Of a stretch of DNA of 64,000 nucleotides, positions 1 to 13,917 are shown one piece after another (positions within the stretch are counted from its first letter, which is position 1; each line of letters starts with the position of its first letter). The notes under the pieces were generated by a model, which saw only the letters and a program-made list of their open reading frames with translations, did not search any database and had not been told where the DNA came from. Both the position numbers and the translations under genes were made by a program. The stretch is from Eledone cirrhosa (taxonomy: Eukaryota), in assembly GCA_964016885.1 (NCBI GenBank), contig OZ024743.1:366420001-366484000 (forward strand). Reading direction: 5' to 3'.

Positions 1-1939
1 TTAAAAATGCCTTAATCCTATATAATCTGGAGGTGGATCTGCCCACAGTGTGCTAATACATTATTTTCTAGCATACTTCATTCTCCACTGTAGAAATATT
101 ACCAAACCCTCTTTTATTCTTCCTTTTTCTTTAATCTAAAAGATTAAAGTTTCCTCCATTCTTACAGTATGAAATTAGTTACATTATAGTCTACCAACCA
201 GGTAGGCTACGCTAGGATTTGAATTGAAAACACAAAGAACTGGAATAAATGTTGCAAGGCATTATATCCAATCTTCAATTCACCATTCTGAACTGGCCCT
301 TCATTTCATTAACACTAAAAGGATGAGAGACAAAGTGGACGTTGGCAGGATTTTAACCCAGAGTGCAGAGAGTTACAACTATTACTGCAAGGAATTTTAT
401 CCTATGCTCTAAGGGCTCTGCCAACTCATCAGTATATTCTTTACTAAGGAAGACATTACCAAATGACAACTACAGCCATTTGAATATAATTGGAAGAGAT
501 GGTTGACTTCTTTGTCAATTGGACAATATGTACTGGGAGGCCAGTAACACTGCAGCAGTTGTCATTGTGGAAGTGGAGTATTTGTTGTAGATAGTATTGT
601 TGATATTAGACATTGGTGATGTTAATGCTGCTGGGAACAACTACAGAAATAATAATAATGATATGACATTTCACTGAGGTATTTGAAGATACTGAAGATA
701 CTGTCAAAGATGATGGTTTGATAATGACCCAAAGAGATATTGATGATATTGATAATGATGTGGTCTTCTGGCAAATCTAGAAAAGCTGTAATTCTGAATT
801 AGAACTCACTCACACTATACCCATCCTTCTAACCCATATTAGCATAGAAATTGGATATAAAATGATGATAATAATGGTTGTAATATTATAGTAGTGGTGG
901 CAGTATTATTCATGATAGTGGTAATGAGGATGTTGTGATTTCCCATGTGCAAGAATTATTAATATGCCAAGGCTAATATCTATGATAATAGGTGCATAAA
1001 GGTTTTTAAATGGGAAGGGGAATAATGGTTGCATTGGGAATAATTGATAGTAGTGGTAATGGTGGTGGTGATTGTGTTGGGAATGATGAATATGTAATAG
1101 TTATGTTGGTTGTTGTAGTAAATTAAGATAATGAAACATCTCTCAAGGTTATAGTTGACAACATTGATGGTAAGGATGAGGGAAATATAATGGATATGTT
1201 TACCAAAACAGGGGATAATGAGGATAATGGCCTTACTGAAAACACTAAGACGTTATTTAAACAGTTGACCTAAAATAATAAATTTTTGTCAAAATTGAAA
1301 TAATGCAGTTTCCTAAACTGCATATGATAAAGAATAACAGCTGTATCAAAAGCATAACAGCTGGTGCTGATATCATGATAAAATGCACTTGGTAGAGTGC
1401 AAGATCATATGTATGCAAGGTGCAGAGCCTTGGTCCATCTGAGACATAAGTAGTTTTGCTTGAGTACTGACTAAACATGGGAAGACCCATCCAACCCTTG
1501 CTAACAGGAAAATGTGTGTGTGTTTTTTTTAGTCATCATGAATGTTTTCATATTGACATAATTTACAAAGCAAGTGATGTTTGTTTATGCCATCCATTAA
1601 CAATGAATCTCACAGTATAGCAGTTTGTATGTCAATAGTATATATCATACTTAAAACAAAGCATGGGTTAATATCATGGCTATCATCTACAACTAAAAAA
1701 GCTGTGCATCAAAATGTCTCATCCAAACCATGATAGTATGATGATTTCTCACTTTATACAGTGACAAAGCTAGACTATTTTGATGAAGATATTGAAAGAG
1801 AAATTATTATGTCAGATATTTATCCTTTCAGTAACTATTTAGAATATTTAATACAGGTAATTAATGTAGAAATCATTCATCTTGGCAGAGCTGTTCTGTT
1901 AGAAAACAAGTCAGATAGCGATATGGCCACCAGATATGA

Positions 1940-2672
1940 TGGTTAGTTGCGATATAAGAGGTCAGCTGCTGGATGAATAAGCAACCCCAGACCAACAGTG
2001 GTAAATTACTAGAGGAGATGGAGCAATGGGTGACACCTGTAGCTCATAAGAAACCTATCACAACCCAGTGATGTGGCTATGATGAGGCAAGTAAAAACCA
2101 CCTCTAAAAAAAGCCTACATAGAATAAGACCACCAAAACTACAATATGGTTAGAGGAATGAAAAAGAACCATACCGCATCAACTGTTGTGTGGGTTAACA
2201 AGGGATGTGTTCAAGCCTTAGGTAACTGAGCCTGTTCAAAAAATATATTGCAGTCTCCCTTTCTTGCTACAAAAACTGCGACCTGTCCTGGGAGGCGTGG
2301 GATGGACGCACAAAGTTAGCGTATCCCGAAACACCAAAGAGGGTCCAGAACAGAGCAAACCTTAACAGTTGGAACCTGGAACATCACAACCCTTACAGCT
2401 AAAGAGCAGGAACTAATGGAGGAGGCTAGATGCTTAGAATGTCTCAGGAAAGAATTGCTGGACAAATTTTACAGGCAAAACCAACCGGCAAGAGACCCAG
2501 GGGTAGACCTCAAGCAAGATGATTGGATAACATCCATGAGCCTGGTTGGTCTCTCTTGGGGATCCAGCTGGATCAGTTGGAGATGGTTGCTTCTGACAGG
2601 ACCTGCTGAAAGGAATGTTTGAGGACTCTGCCCCAACAAACCTCTCAGCAATATGTGGGCAAAGAAGAAAAA
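1940..2672 (+). mobile_element. Internally deleted (bipartite) RTE-clade LINE
   Basis: The APE N-terminus LTVGTWNITTLTAKEQELMEEAR is fused directly to the RTE C-terminus RMSQERIAGQILQAKPTGKRPRGRP...L..VASDR. The 5' boundary is approximate. Confidence 0.65.
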
Positions 2673-2683
2673 GAATGTAGAAA

Positions 2684-3190
2684 TCATCATCATCGGCATT
2701 TAACATTCCTTTCCCATGCTAGCATGAAAGGCAAGAGCTTGGGTGAGAGTGTGCTGTTGTGTATGCAGGATGGGGATTGGAGAAGTAGGTCTAAGGTGGG
2801 GGGTCGTCTTAGCTGGTGATGGGGTGGAGTATTAAGACGTGGGAGATGTATGGACAGGGGAGAGAAGATTTGGTGCATATTAATGTCCTCTAAATGTTTG
2901 CTTAAACCTGTGCACATTGGAACGTGGATCTTCTGCAGTACTGCATATCACTAGATATCTTGATCCTATGCCATCGCATTCGAGAGATTTAATTGTGCAT
3001 GGTCAGCTTTTATCATTTCATCCATGCTTTCCAAAGTCTCCCTTTAACATAGTTTCCTTCAACTTTAAGCACTCTGCATCTTTTTATACAGCTGTGCTCC
3101 TCTATATGTATCACATGTCCATATTCCCACAATCTCCTTTCCAGCATCTGACTCCTCTTATGCCCAGTTTCTCTTTCAGTTCATTTACGC
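2684..3190 (-). mobile_element. Degenerate RTE LINE 3' fragment with (GAT)n tail
   Basis: Decayed 'KLGIRG.RC...YGHV......SCIKRCR.LKVEG' and a tail reading CATGCTAGCATGGGAAAGGAATGTTAAA..GATGATGAT. Confidence 0.7.
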
Positions 3191-4558
3191 TTCGCCACTC
3201 ATGTATATTACTAAATTGCCCCTTATGACATGCAGATTTGAAGGCATATCTGTTGTTTGGTTTTTAGTGTATTAGTCCTAGAATCATAAGGTCATGAGTT
3301 TAATACCTGGTGGTGCATTTTATCCTTGAACAAGATACTTTATTTCGCATTGCTCCAGTTCACTAGGCTGGCAAAACTGAGTTTTACCTGTAATTCAAAG
3401 GGCCAGATTTCTCACACACTATGTCATGCTGAATTTCTCTGAGAACTCAGGGTGTATGTGTCTGTGGAATGCTCAGGATATGCCTGTTAATATCATAAGT
3501 AGGATGTTCCATAGTTTGAACAACTGAAAGAATTATCATTGAAACTGACAGAGGTCCAACTACGTTTGTACATCCTGAAAATGCTTAAGAGCATGAAACT
3601 TTAGTAAAAAAGCAAAGATCACACACACACACAAACATACAAACACATACACGTAGTTACACACACAAAAGGATTTGAAATCAAACATTCAAAGCTATAT
3701 CTTCTATCTATCACTAATCAATAAATCAATGTTTAGCAATGTTTGGAATTTAGGAAATTATTCCCCCCCTTTTATGTAGAGGTGACAACCATGAACAATC
3801 GATGTATTATATATATATATGGGTGGGTGTTTGCATGTACACACATTCATATTATATATATATATGTGTGTGTGTGTGTGTATGTTTATATATATATATA
3901 TATATATATATGAATGTATAATAAAAAAAATAATGCATAAATATTTATCTATATCCAATTAGGAATTTCTGCAAGCATGCATATCACACATACACACATA
4001 TTCACACAAACAATATGCAGACATACATACACACTTTATTGATTACTGAAACCATGCTGAGGTATTAAGTCTACAGTAAATACATATTTACATACATTAC
4101 TCTGTTATTTTTTTTCTCAATACATGTCTAGAAATTACTGGGTAAGCCTTAGTAATTTAGAAATTGGTGCAGTTAGTGCTTTTGAAATTGAATCAGTGGT
4201 ATTTCTTTTAATTTTTGTATTTTCTTTCAATCTTTCATCTAGTTAAATGCATATCTATATGCATTGTATGCAGTGCTTTTTGTGTATGGAATAAGCTTAC
4301 ACACCCATACGTGAGAGAGAGAGAATGAGAGATAGAGATAGATATACACTATACAATGTAGTGGGTGAAAAAACTCCAATCAACTGAGATTATACACATA
4401 CTCATTTGGATATACATCTAGGAGAAAAGGTACTCAATACACATAACAGAGTATTTGTTCAAAGCTAATGATTCACTCTGGACTACTCAGTCTCTTCTAT
4501 GTGCAATCTTTCAGGTCACAAACGTATAAGTGTGTATGTATGTATGTATGTATGTATG

Positions 4559-4593
<35 letters not shown>

Positions 4594-4595
4594 AT

Positions 4596-5331
4596 ATCAT
4601 CGTCATCATCATTTTATGTTGGCTTTTCCCTGCTTGCAAGGGTGGGATGGGTCCTATTCAGCACACCATCTCTCCACTTGTCACGGTCCTTTGTCATCTC
4701 CTCCGTGAGCTTTAGCGATCTGAGGTCTGCTCTCACCACCTCCATTATGTTTTTTGTGGTCTTCCTGTACTGCATCTTCCTTCTACTGGGATTTCTTGGC
4801 ACTTCTTTACCCAGCGGTTATCCTCCATGCGCATCACATATCCATACCATCTCAGTCTTCTCTCCCACGCACTACAACTTATCCCTCTTATACACAGTTT
4901 CTCACTCAACTCGTCTATGCTTGGTCGTTCACTCACATTGACATAGCACATCCAACAGAGCATACTTGCTTCATTTCTCTCCAGCCGTTGCATATCCTCC
5001 GCAGTTGCTGTCCATGTCTCACTACCATGCAGCATCGCGCATCTCACACAGGCATCATATAACCAGACTTTTGTATGCAGGGAGAAACCCTTCTTTGTCA
5101 ACAGAGGAAGCAGCTCCCTAAACTTCTTCCAACCTGTCCTTATTCTAGATACTATGGCCTCGGAACGCCCCACCCCACCCATGCTAATCTGATCACCCAG
5201 GTACTGGAAGCTATCCAACCACTTCTATAGAACCCACCTGCATTTGAGAAATGTGTCTATCACTGCGACTTCTACTGTCAAATTTCCCTGTACATCTACT
5301 GCATATGTAGTTTTCCCTACCTGCTAGTTTG
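4596..5331 (-). mobile_element. 5'-truncated RTE LINE (family C)
   Basis: ORFs 4745-5218 and 4614-4802 give FQYLGD..GWKKFRELLPLL..MLHGSETW..RRLRWYG. It has a (GAT)n tail and is flanked by TA repeats. Confidence 0.9.
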
Positions 5332-5350
5332 CCTATATATATATATATAT

Positions 5351-5690
5351 ATCATCATCATTTCATTTTACGTCCGCTTTTCCCTGCTTGCAAGGGTGGG
5401 ACGGGAACTGATTTTGGCTTGATTTCTACAGCTGGATGCCCTTCCTAACACAAACCTCATTTACAGTGAGTGCTGGGTGCTTTTTTTTGCCGTGGCGCCT
5501 ACACGTCCACTTTGCAGTGGAATGATAGGGAACCCAGTCCCTATCATCTCATTTCTACAGCTGAATAAACTGGAGCAATGTGAAATAAAGTGTCTTGCTC
5601 AAGGAAACAACACATCACCCGGTCTGAGAACTGAACTCACAACCTTTCGATTGCAAGGCCAATGCTCTAACCACTAAGCCATGTGCCTCC
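5351..5690 (-). mobile_element. tRNA-derived CORE-type SINE with RTE-like tail
   Basis: On the minus strand: A box TGGCTTAGTGG, B-box-like GAGTTCAGTTC, CORE-like CCTTGAGCAAGACACTTTATTTCAC..CAGCTGTAGAAATGAG, and a tail shared with LINE family C. Confidence 0.88.
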
Positions 5691-6009
5691 ATATATATAA
5701 TATATATATATGTATCCACCACACACATACGAATTGCAAATGAAACAGCGAAAAATTACCTCTCCTAATTTCAATTGTTTTGAATCTGAACACATTTCTG
5801 TGAAGATTACCAGTTTTAGTAAAAGATATGTGCATGGATTTGTGTCTAAACTGTTAATTTAGTATAAGAAATTATCACGTGTTTCTGCCTAACTATTTAA
5901 TTGCATGTTTTATTTGAGTATTGCTGGGTCTTAACTAATGGAAATTAGTTAATAAATAGAAGGTAAAGGAAGAGATGAATTGTAATAATGACAACAACAA
6001 TAGTAATAT

Positions 6010-6199
6010 AATTGTTTCTACTTTTTGGCACAAGGCCAGCAATTACCCAGTGCATTACTGGTACTTTATTTGATCGACCCCGTAAGGATGAAAGGCAAAG
6101 TTAACCTCGGCGGGATTTGAACTCGGAATGGCAAAGGCCGTAACTCTATGCGTCAAAGCATGGCGTCCAACCCTCTACCGATACTGCCAGTCCACCGCC
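6010..6199 (-). mobile_element. tRNA-derived SINE with Meta-SINE-like central domain
   Basis: GGCGGTGGACTGGCAG head, GAGTTCAAATCC B box, then GCCTTTCATCCTTACGGGGTCGATCAAATAAAGTACCAG. Related copies lie at 36484-36702 (-), 45542-45635 (-) and 61456-61661 (+), with many decayed ones elsewhere. Confidence 0.75.
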
Positions 6200-6281
6200 A
6201 TTAAACAATAGTAATATAATATTATGGAGAACTCTCTTGGGTAGTGGTTGAAAGACAGCATTGAAGACATATGTGCATATA

Positions 6282-6865
6282 CGAGGTGGTATCAAAAAGT
6301 TTCCGGAATAGTTCTGTAGCACACCAACAGATGGTAACACTCAGTTGTGCATGCAGTGAGAGCTATCAGTGACCTTTATGCGCCAGCGAACTCAGTGATA
6401 TCACTGTGTTCATTTTGCAAGTTGTGAAATTTGTGTTTTGTGATCACGTGTATGCTGTAGGCTGAGATTTTGTGATGAAATTTTGCATTCAACTTGGGAA
6501 GTTTGCTACAAAGACATTGAGCATGCTTTGGCAAGCTTATGGTGACGAGGATGTGGGTAGTATGCAATGTTTCAAGTGGCACGGGTGCTTCAAAAGCAGA
6601 ATGTTCCTGGAAGATGACAAGTGATCTGGAAGACCTACCACGAACATCAACCCTTGAAATGTAGGGAAAATTAATCATCTTGTGCATGAGGTTTGTCGGA
6701 TGACAATCAATGATATTGCTGATGATGTTGGTCTGTCATATGGGTCCGTGCAAATAATCCTAAAGTTTGAATTGAACATGCAGTGTGTCGCTGTCAAGTT
6801 TGTCCCCCACCTGCTGACCATGAAAGAACATCATGTCAAACACTGTCAACTGAATGTTACAAGTG
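6282..6865 (+). mobile_element. Mariner transposon 5' relic
   Basis: TA|CGAGGTGGTATCAAAAAGTTTCCGGA TIR followed by a decayed HTH region (FC.QLGK.AT..L.ML..AYG, SGRP, MTINDIADDVGLSYGSV, KFVPHLLT). Confidence 0.85.
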
Positions 6866-7168
6866 TTTCGACCAGGTCTGATGATAACTTTCTCTCTTCC
6901 TCCTCCCAATCTGAATGAACCCGAAAAATGTTATGGATGTTACCCTCCCTCTCTAATGAAGCAATAAAAAATATAAATATCAACTGCTTGATGTTAGTTC
7001 CAGCATCACGTTTAAAATCAAAGGATTAGGAAAAATTGACATAACATTACTAACTAGAACAGAATTAATTCCTTATTCAATTATGTCTTTTCCCCCATTA
7101 TCTTTTTAATCATCAGACTAGCTTCAGTTTTACTCTTTCTGCCAACACACACACAAGTATGTATATAT

Positions 7169-7203
<35 letters not shown>

Positions 7204-8089
7204 AATTGTTGGAACATATGTTTTAAACATGAAGTTGGATAGTAGAAGCTACTTTATCGTGTCCTTGGGAAATATGGTGATGTGCTTTCCCTCAGGAGGC
7301 CTAATACAATACTTATTGAAGGGTTTGAATTCATTAAAGTTTATCAATAGAATTTCAATGGCTGTCTTTTTCAGAAAAAATCAATTTAGTGAAAATGGGG
7401 TGTGGTGAAGTGTGTTGGTGTTTGTTGAGAAAGACTATTTAAGTTTTTGAAGATGATTTATTCAGAATTTCTATCAATAGTTATCACTATGAAAAATTCT
7501 GCCTGATTACTTGTAGATTTGTCTATCTGCTTCATTGTATATCCTTCTGTCCATCTAATATTCTTATGTGTTCTTCTGTCTATCTGTGTACTTTATTGTC
7601 TTTCAATGAATCCTTCTACCTTTCTGTGCATTCTTTTAATTGTCCAAGTGTCTATCAGATCAACCTTCTGTCTGTTTGTGTATTCTTTTGTCTTGCTGTC
7701 ACCTTTTTGCATCACCAACAAAAAAAATTGCTGTACTCCATGTCTCAATAATACCCTCACATATATACAGTCTCAATAATACCCTCACATATATACAGTA
7801 CCAAGCTATCACAACATAGGTCAATTTTGTCTTTCATTCTTTTGATGAATTAAGTACCAGTCAAGAGTAGTGGATTGGTAGAATTGGTAGAACATCAGAT
7901 GGAATACCTTGCCATTTCTGTTATTTTTTGCAATCTGAATTCAAATTTCATCTAGATGTCAATGACCAAGGCTATCACCTGACCACATAGTACTGCATCA
8001 AACTCACAGTTAGCCAGCATGGATAGGCAGACCTACACCTTGTATGGTTGTGTGGATAAGCTAGGTATTACTGAGTGAGGGGAAGGCAA

Positions 8090-8370
8090 ATATTGAACCA
8101 CAGAGACTGATGTGAATAGAGCCAGTGATGAATGTTGTTAAGAGAAATGGAATGAGATGATTTGGTCAAGTGTTGAAGCATGAAAGTGAATAGGTAGCAT
8201 GAGTAATTGATGTGAAAAGAAGTAGAGAAAGGAATAGACCAAAAATGACATGGTTAAAGGTGATGGAGGAGGAAATGGTAAGGGAGAATGCAGACGATAG
8301 GAAAAATAGAGAAGCTTACCATGGGGTATGCAAACCTAACCTTTACTTCAGCAGGGAAATAGTCTTAAAA
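8090..8370 (+). mobile_element. Old RTE LINE 3' fragment
   Basis: VMNVVKRNGMR*FGQVL ... KRSRERNRPKMTWLKVMEEEM resembles the RTE C-terminus (R.RWFGHV...GRP..TW). Confidence 0.6.
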
Positions 8371-10976
8371 TGCATGAAAGAAATATATGTATTATGTTTA
8401 TTTGAAGAGAATTAACTAAAGGAAAAAGAAAGAAAAGTCCATAAAATTGCTGCTATTCATACTAAAATTCTTCAAAAAAGAATCTTGCATCATATATGAT
8501 TAGAAATGGCTATGGTACCTTACTCAGTCTTGTTTCTGTTAAGCAAAGACTCTTATTATTTGTTGAATGTATTTAACAAGGCTTCTTCTGGATAATACAT
8601 CAACATTATAATAATTCAATGTAGAATAGTAGACCATAAACTGGCAACAAACTGTAGATTAAAAGTAAATTCTTTTGCCAGCCCCCACTCCATTATATCA
8701 GGGAAATATTTTATGCTGGTTGCTAACATTTCTCCCACCCCATCCCATCCTGCTCTGTGAAAAGGGTTGTTAGATCTCCAAAAGCAATGTAGACATTTAT
8801 AGGTGATTAGGACTACAAAGAAAACATTCACCCTTACCACCAAGACCTAAAAGAAGTAAAACCTGCCCCCATAAAAAATAAGAAGAAAAATAAAAGCAGA
8901 ACTAAGAAAAGGATAAATGAAAGAAAGTTTGGGAAATATATTATGTTTTAAAGTGTTAGATATGACTCTCAATGTTTAATAACTATGGAACTGTTCATTT
9001 TCTCATTCTTTGTTTCTTATACTCTCACTTCTATCAACATTCTCTTCTTTCTCTTTTCTCTCTCACACACATTCTCTCTCTCTCATACACATACTTTCTC
9101 TCAAATTATCTCTCTCCATAATTATGTCTGTGTGTCTGTCAGTCTCTCTTTCTCTCTGTCAACATTTCTACCTGTCACTCTCTTTTTCTTTCTTACTTTA
9201 TCTGTCTTAGCTTTTTGTTTTTCCCTTTAAATCGTTATTGTTTCTACTCCTTTTCCTTCCCATTTCTCTTTCTTTTTCTTTCTCAATCTCTGACTTAAAC
9301 TTCTCCTTTATTCACTTGATGATGGAGGAGAAGGAGGAGGGTAAGGAGGCATGATCTTTGATGTGTCTTTCTTTCTCACCCAGGCCAGTGAGAGTGATGT
9401 GGTTGATGTTCAGTTTGATGATACTCCAACAACAACAACAAGGATGTACATAAAATTCACAGTTGTGTAAGGTTGATAAATTGACCAGTATATATCTGGT
9501 ACTTATTTTATAGATCCTGTGAATCAATACTGGTTATTGGTGGGATTCATCATAAAGAGAAACAACTAAATACTGATAAGCACTTAGTATATTAAAGGAT
9601 TATTTCTGCCAGACAATACTCGCAACATATTGGAAAAGTCATAAGGGTATCTGATTTAATGGCCCTCTGCACCGTGAGATGAAATCCCACCCAAGTCAAC
9701 TTTTCCTTTAATTCTTTGAGGGTCAATAAATAAAATACCAATCTAGGAGTAGTGCTTGGCAGAATTGTTAGAGCATCAGGCAGGATGCTTTGCTGTATCT
9801 TTTCTAGCTCTAAGCATTCTGTGTTCAAATCCTGCCTTCTGTTACAAAAAATTATTGACACTAACTGGTCTCTCATGAGACGTAATTGGCCTACTACATA
9901 AGCAATCATGAACATTTCTCAAATACAAATTAAAATAAGTTCATGTCGTTTCATTCATAAGCAGACAAAACAATTAGAATTCTCCTAACAATGATGTTAA
10001 GCACAGTGCCCGAAATTTTGGTGGGGAGATGGAAACTCAATTATATTCATCACCAGTATGTGACTGGTAGTTATTTTGTTACTCCCAAATGTTTAAAAGA
10101 CAGAAGTCAGAACAAATAATTCAAGGCATTTTTTCTAGTGCTCTATGGATTCTGCTACACAATGTCAAAACTTTTTAGAGGCTCTTTAAAGTGACTTCAG
10201 TACTTGACTTGTACTTATTTATTAAGAAAAGTTCTCTTTAAAATTTTACCTCTTTATCTATCTAAGGGTAAACAAGTATTGCCATAAATTTTACTATCAA
10301 GACTTCTAGCTTAGTAAAGAAATGCCATATCATTGTAATTTTAATTTTACCATGTTATGAAATGTTATATTGCATATTGCAATATTTATCATATCGTATC
10401 ATAGGCCCTCAACACCTGATGAAATCATAGAGGTGCTATTGTGCCATGCTGTGTACCAGCCATTTCCATCTGTTGTTGTTCCATCAAAGATCTCAAATCT
10501 CCTCTAAGGATTTGCCTATCTACTCTTTACTATTGTCTGTTCATATTTTTCATTGTCTTCCTTTTTCTCTCTTTCTCCACAGTTCCTTTTCTTTACCATT
10601 GGGAGAAGGTTTACAACATGTATCATAATATGAAATGTAAATATCAGTGTATCCTCTAATCTGTATAATACTATGACATGTAAATATCATCTTTACTAGT
10701 ATAATATAATGAAATAAAGTATAACATTCTTCAATTGCAATTATTTTTTCATTATGAAACATAAAATGCATTCAAAAATATATAACCTGTATCATCAACT
10801 GTTTGTATATTTATAGATCTGTCTGTAACTCTTAAAAATGTACACACACAAACATATACTCACACTCCAATCACAAGGTTCCGAGTTCTAACCCTACATT
10901 TATACCTGTAAATAGTTATTTCTCCATAGTTAATTAGAAAATAAAACATATAAAGAAAAGAAAATACACACATATA

Positions 10977-11218
10977 CAAGGTGGTATCAAAATGTTTCCG
11001 GACTAGTTATGTTTTTAAAAAACTAATATATTTATCTAAGTTTTAACATCGTCTCCTTTGAAATAGTCAACTTGCGCAGCAATACACCAGTTCCAGTGTT
11101 CCTGCTACTTTTGGAATATGGCCTGGAGGTAATTTTCCATAAACAAGTTGAGGACCTTCTGCAATTTGCTCTGGATCTCAGCAATGGTGTTAAAACAGCA
11201 ACCTTTGAGCTGGATATA
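10977..11218 (-). mobile_element. Mariner transposon 3' relic
   Basis: TIR of the same family (TA|CAAGGTGGTATCAAAATGTTTCCGGA). The minus strand encodes LKGCCFNTIAEIQ...W..CIAAQVDYFKGD, a mariner C-terminus. Confidence 0.85.
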
Positions 11219-12466
11219 TCTGTGTGTGGAGAGAGAGAGGATAGGTACTCCATTGCTTGGTAGAGAGAGTAAGAGAGAAGGGAAAGATTATTGGATTAAG
11301 AAAGTAAGATGGATGAACATATATATATATAGAGAGAGAGAGGGGGAGAGAGAGCGGTGGTGGCTAGATAGGGTAAAAAGAAAAGAGAGCTGATATCTTA
11401 TGGAAGGAATGGACCTTCATTGGTTTTGAAAATGAGTGTTCCAATTGTTTGATCAATGGAATGGCCTGCTCAAGAAATTAACATGTATGTGGATGGGCAT
11501 TCCACAGACTTGTGTACCCATAAGTAAATTCTCAAGGAGATTCAGCATAATGCAGTGTGTGACAAGACCCCCTAACAGGCTTCCAAACAATTTCCATCTA
11601 TTCAGTTTCACTCACAGGACATGGGTCAACCTGAGTCTATGGTAAATGACGTATGACCAAGATACCATGCAGTGGGATTGAACCTAGGATTTTATGACTG
11701 TGAAGTGAACTTCTTAACCATTTGTCCTTGCTGAATTCTATAGAGAAACTGAAGGAAATAGAATGGAGAAATTATTGGATTGGATACAAAGTGTAGAAGC
11801 TGTGTAAGAAAGAGAGAGGCAGAGATTGTGTCTATATATATATATATATGTTCTGTTCTATGTGTATGTATGTGCTTATACATATATACATTCTCGTGTG
11901 TATATATGAGATTTCAGGTTTATATACTTGTTCGGAGAGATTGGATAGAGAGAAGTGAAAGAGAAAGACAGGGTATGTGTATGTATGTGTATATATATGT
12001 GTTCTCAGTTGTGTGTGTGTGTCATACTTGAAATGAATGTACTTGTGCGGAGAGAAAGATGGCTACAAATGGGAGAAGCAATTAGGTGATTTAAGAGGTG
12101 GAAGAGTATGTTGTGGTAAGAGGTGGGGCTGGAAAGAAAGACACAGGTAACTGTTGGTGGAAGAGGTGATAGATGATCAAAACTCAATAGACACCTATTT
12201 CTCCTGCTCCCCACCCTCTCATCATAAGAGAAGAGAGAGGGGAAGAGATTATTTGAGAAGGAAATATGAATATAATTTTAATACATATTTGAGGCATTCT
12301 CTCTTTTTTTCTTTTTTTTTTCTTTTTTCATTCTTTCCCCTTTTTCTGTCTTAATTCTTCTTTCTCTTCTTTCTTTTCTCCTTTCTTTCCCTTTCTTTTT
12401 TCCTTATTAATTCTTTTTCTCTTTCTCTGTCTTCATTTTATTATTTCTCTCCTTTTCTTTCTCATC

Positions 12467-12506
<40 letters not shown>

Positions 12507-12744
12507 ACCCACACACACACACACACATATTTGCTGTATTATATTATTATATATTCTGTTTATATTTGTGTTTTTATGTATTGACTTTTGATTCTTATTC
12601 CAGGTTTTCTCTTTCCATTTCTATGTAATATTTATAATTTTTTGTGTTTTGTTTTGCCATATTTGTTTGTGTGTTTATTTGTTTTTATTTCTTTATGTTT
12701 ATTTGTGTATCTTAGTTCAAATGTTATCTCTGGATGTGTTTCAG

Positions 12745-13414
12745 CTGCAGTCAAAATCCAAGCAAATCGATGGGGTTTACAGAACTTGGCCGCCGATGCA
12801 AGAAGAAAGAATTACATCCTGGCCCTCAGCAGCATCTTATTCTACCACTATCACTATCATTAACATCACTACCACCAACATCATCACAACAAACGAGCAA
12901 TATTAATAGCAACAACAACAATAAATAACTCCTGCTAAATCAAAATTCAAAGAAAGAATAAAAGAAGACAAACGCGTTTGTTTCCAAAGACGCAACTTAC
13001 CATTGCAACTACAGAGGATTGTACCACTGCCTGAATTCAGGAATTATATACCATATATATATATATGGTATATAAACCATTGTGATTAAGTTGGAATATT
13101 TGATTTAGGATCACCATTGGATACAAATTATAAATCTACTAAAGAAACACCTAAATTTAATTTTTACATTTTATTTATCAATATTTTTGCCCATTTTATT
13201 ATTATTTAAATTTTTTTATACCAAAATTATTGTCCCCACTATCCATTGTACTTTATCTATATCTCTCAGATATAGTCTGAGACAATAATAAGTAGATTAA
13301 AAAGAAAAGGTGTAGTGCTTTTTCATATAAGAATTTCTAACCACCACTGCTACTACTACCACCAAAGTTCTCAAGTTACCAGAGGAGAAATGTCTGTGAA
13401 ATTAGCTGCCGACG
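12745..13414 (+). other. Putative 5' UTR portion of the first coding exon
   Basis: A T-rich tract ending in GTGTTTCAG (AG 12743-44) is followed by largely non-repetitive sequence up to the ATG. The 5' boundary is inferred only. Confidence 0.35.
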
Positions 13415-13559
13415 ATGCTTAGTCTACTAGTACAGAGCTGGACACGGCCGTCACCTATGAAATTACAACTTTACTTGGTTCTCGTTCTGTTCACTCTAAC
13501 ACATCTACAAACAGTGACTAGTTACTCTCCAGGAGATTATCGCTATATTACTCATGATG
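13415..13559 (+). CDS. SEMA5: Semaphorin-5-like gene, first coding exon (signal peptide and start of Sema domain)
   Basis: ATG 13415 (alternative ATG 13457) gives MLSLLVQSWTRPSPMKLQLYLVLVLFTLTHLQTVTSYSPGDYRYITHD, with a hydrophobic signal-peptide core. It ends at G|GTAAGT (phase 1), compatible with the exon at 57760. The join spans an assembly gap. Confidence 0.8.
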
Positions 13560-13917
13560 GTAAGTTAATGAATTTACTACTTTCATTTGTTTATTTATTT
13601 CACTTTTTATTCTTTTACTGGTTCCAGTGATAAGACTGCAACCATGCTGAGGGTTAGTACCGTCTTTGATAAATTCTTGTATTTAACTGTTTATTAATTT
13701 TTTATTAGTTTCTCTCATGGGACTGTGGGATACCACCTTCAAGGGTTCAGTTGATCATTTCAACCTCGGTTGTTATTTCAGCTTCCTACTGATTTTATTA
13801 ATCTCTAGTAATTAAAACACCAAGTTATGATGCAATGAGGGACATGTCATAGACTATAACAAACATTTAGATCAGTGTAAACATAAGCACAGCCACACTC
13901 ACATATGTGTGTGTATA

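Noticed and set aside
7743-7799. 28-bp tandem duplication
   Set aside because: An ordinary local slippage duplication with no further structure.
10410-10440. CTGATGA motif (similar hits at about 6888 +, 7110 -, 16417 -, 37293 - and 60199 +)
   Set aside because: None has a compatible GAAA/NUH with paired stems, so they were treated as chance heptamers.
6282-11218. Two mariner pieces as one 5-kb element
   Set aside because: The TIRs are in the same orientation and the coding pieces are on opposite strands, so they are separate copies or rearranged.
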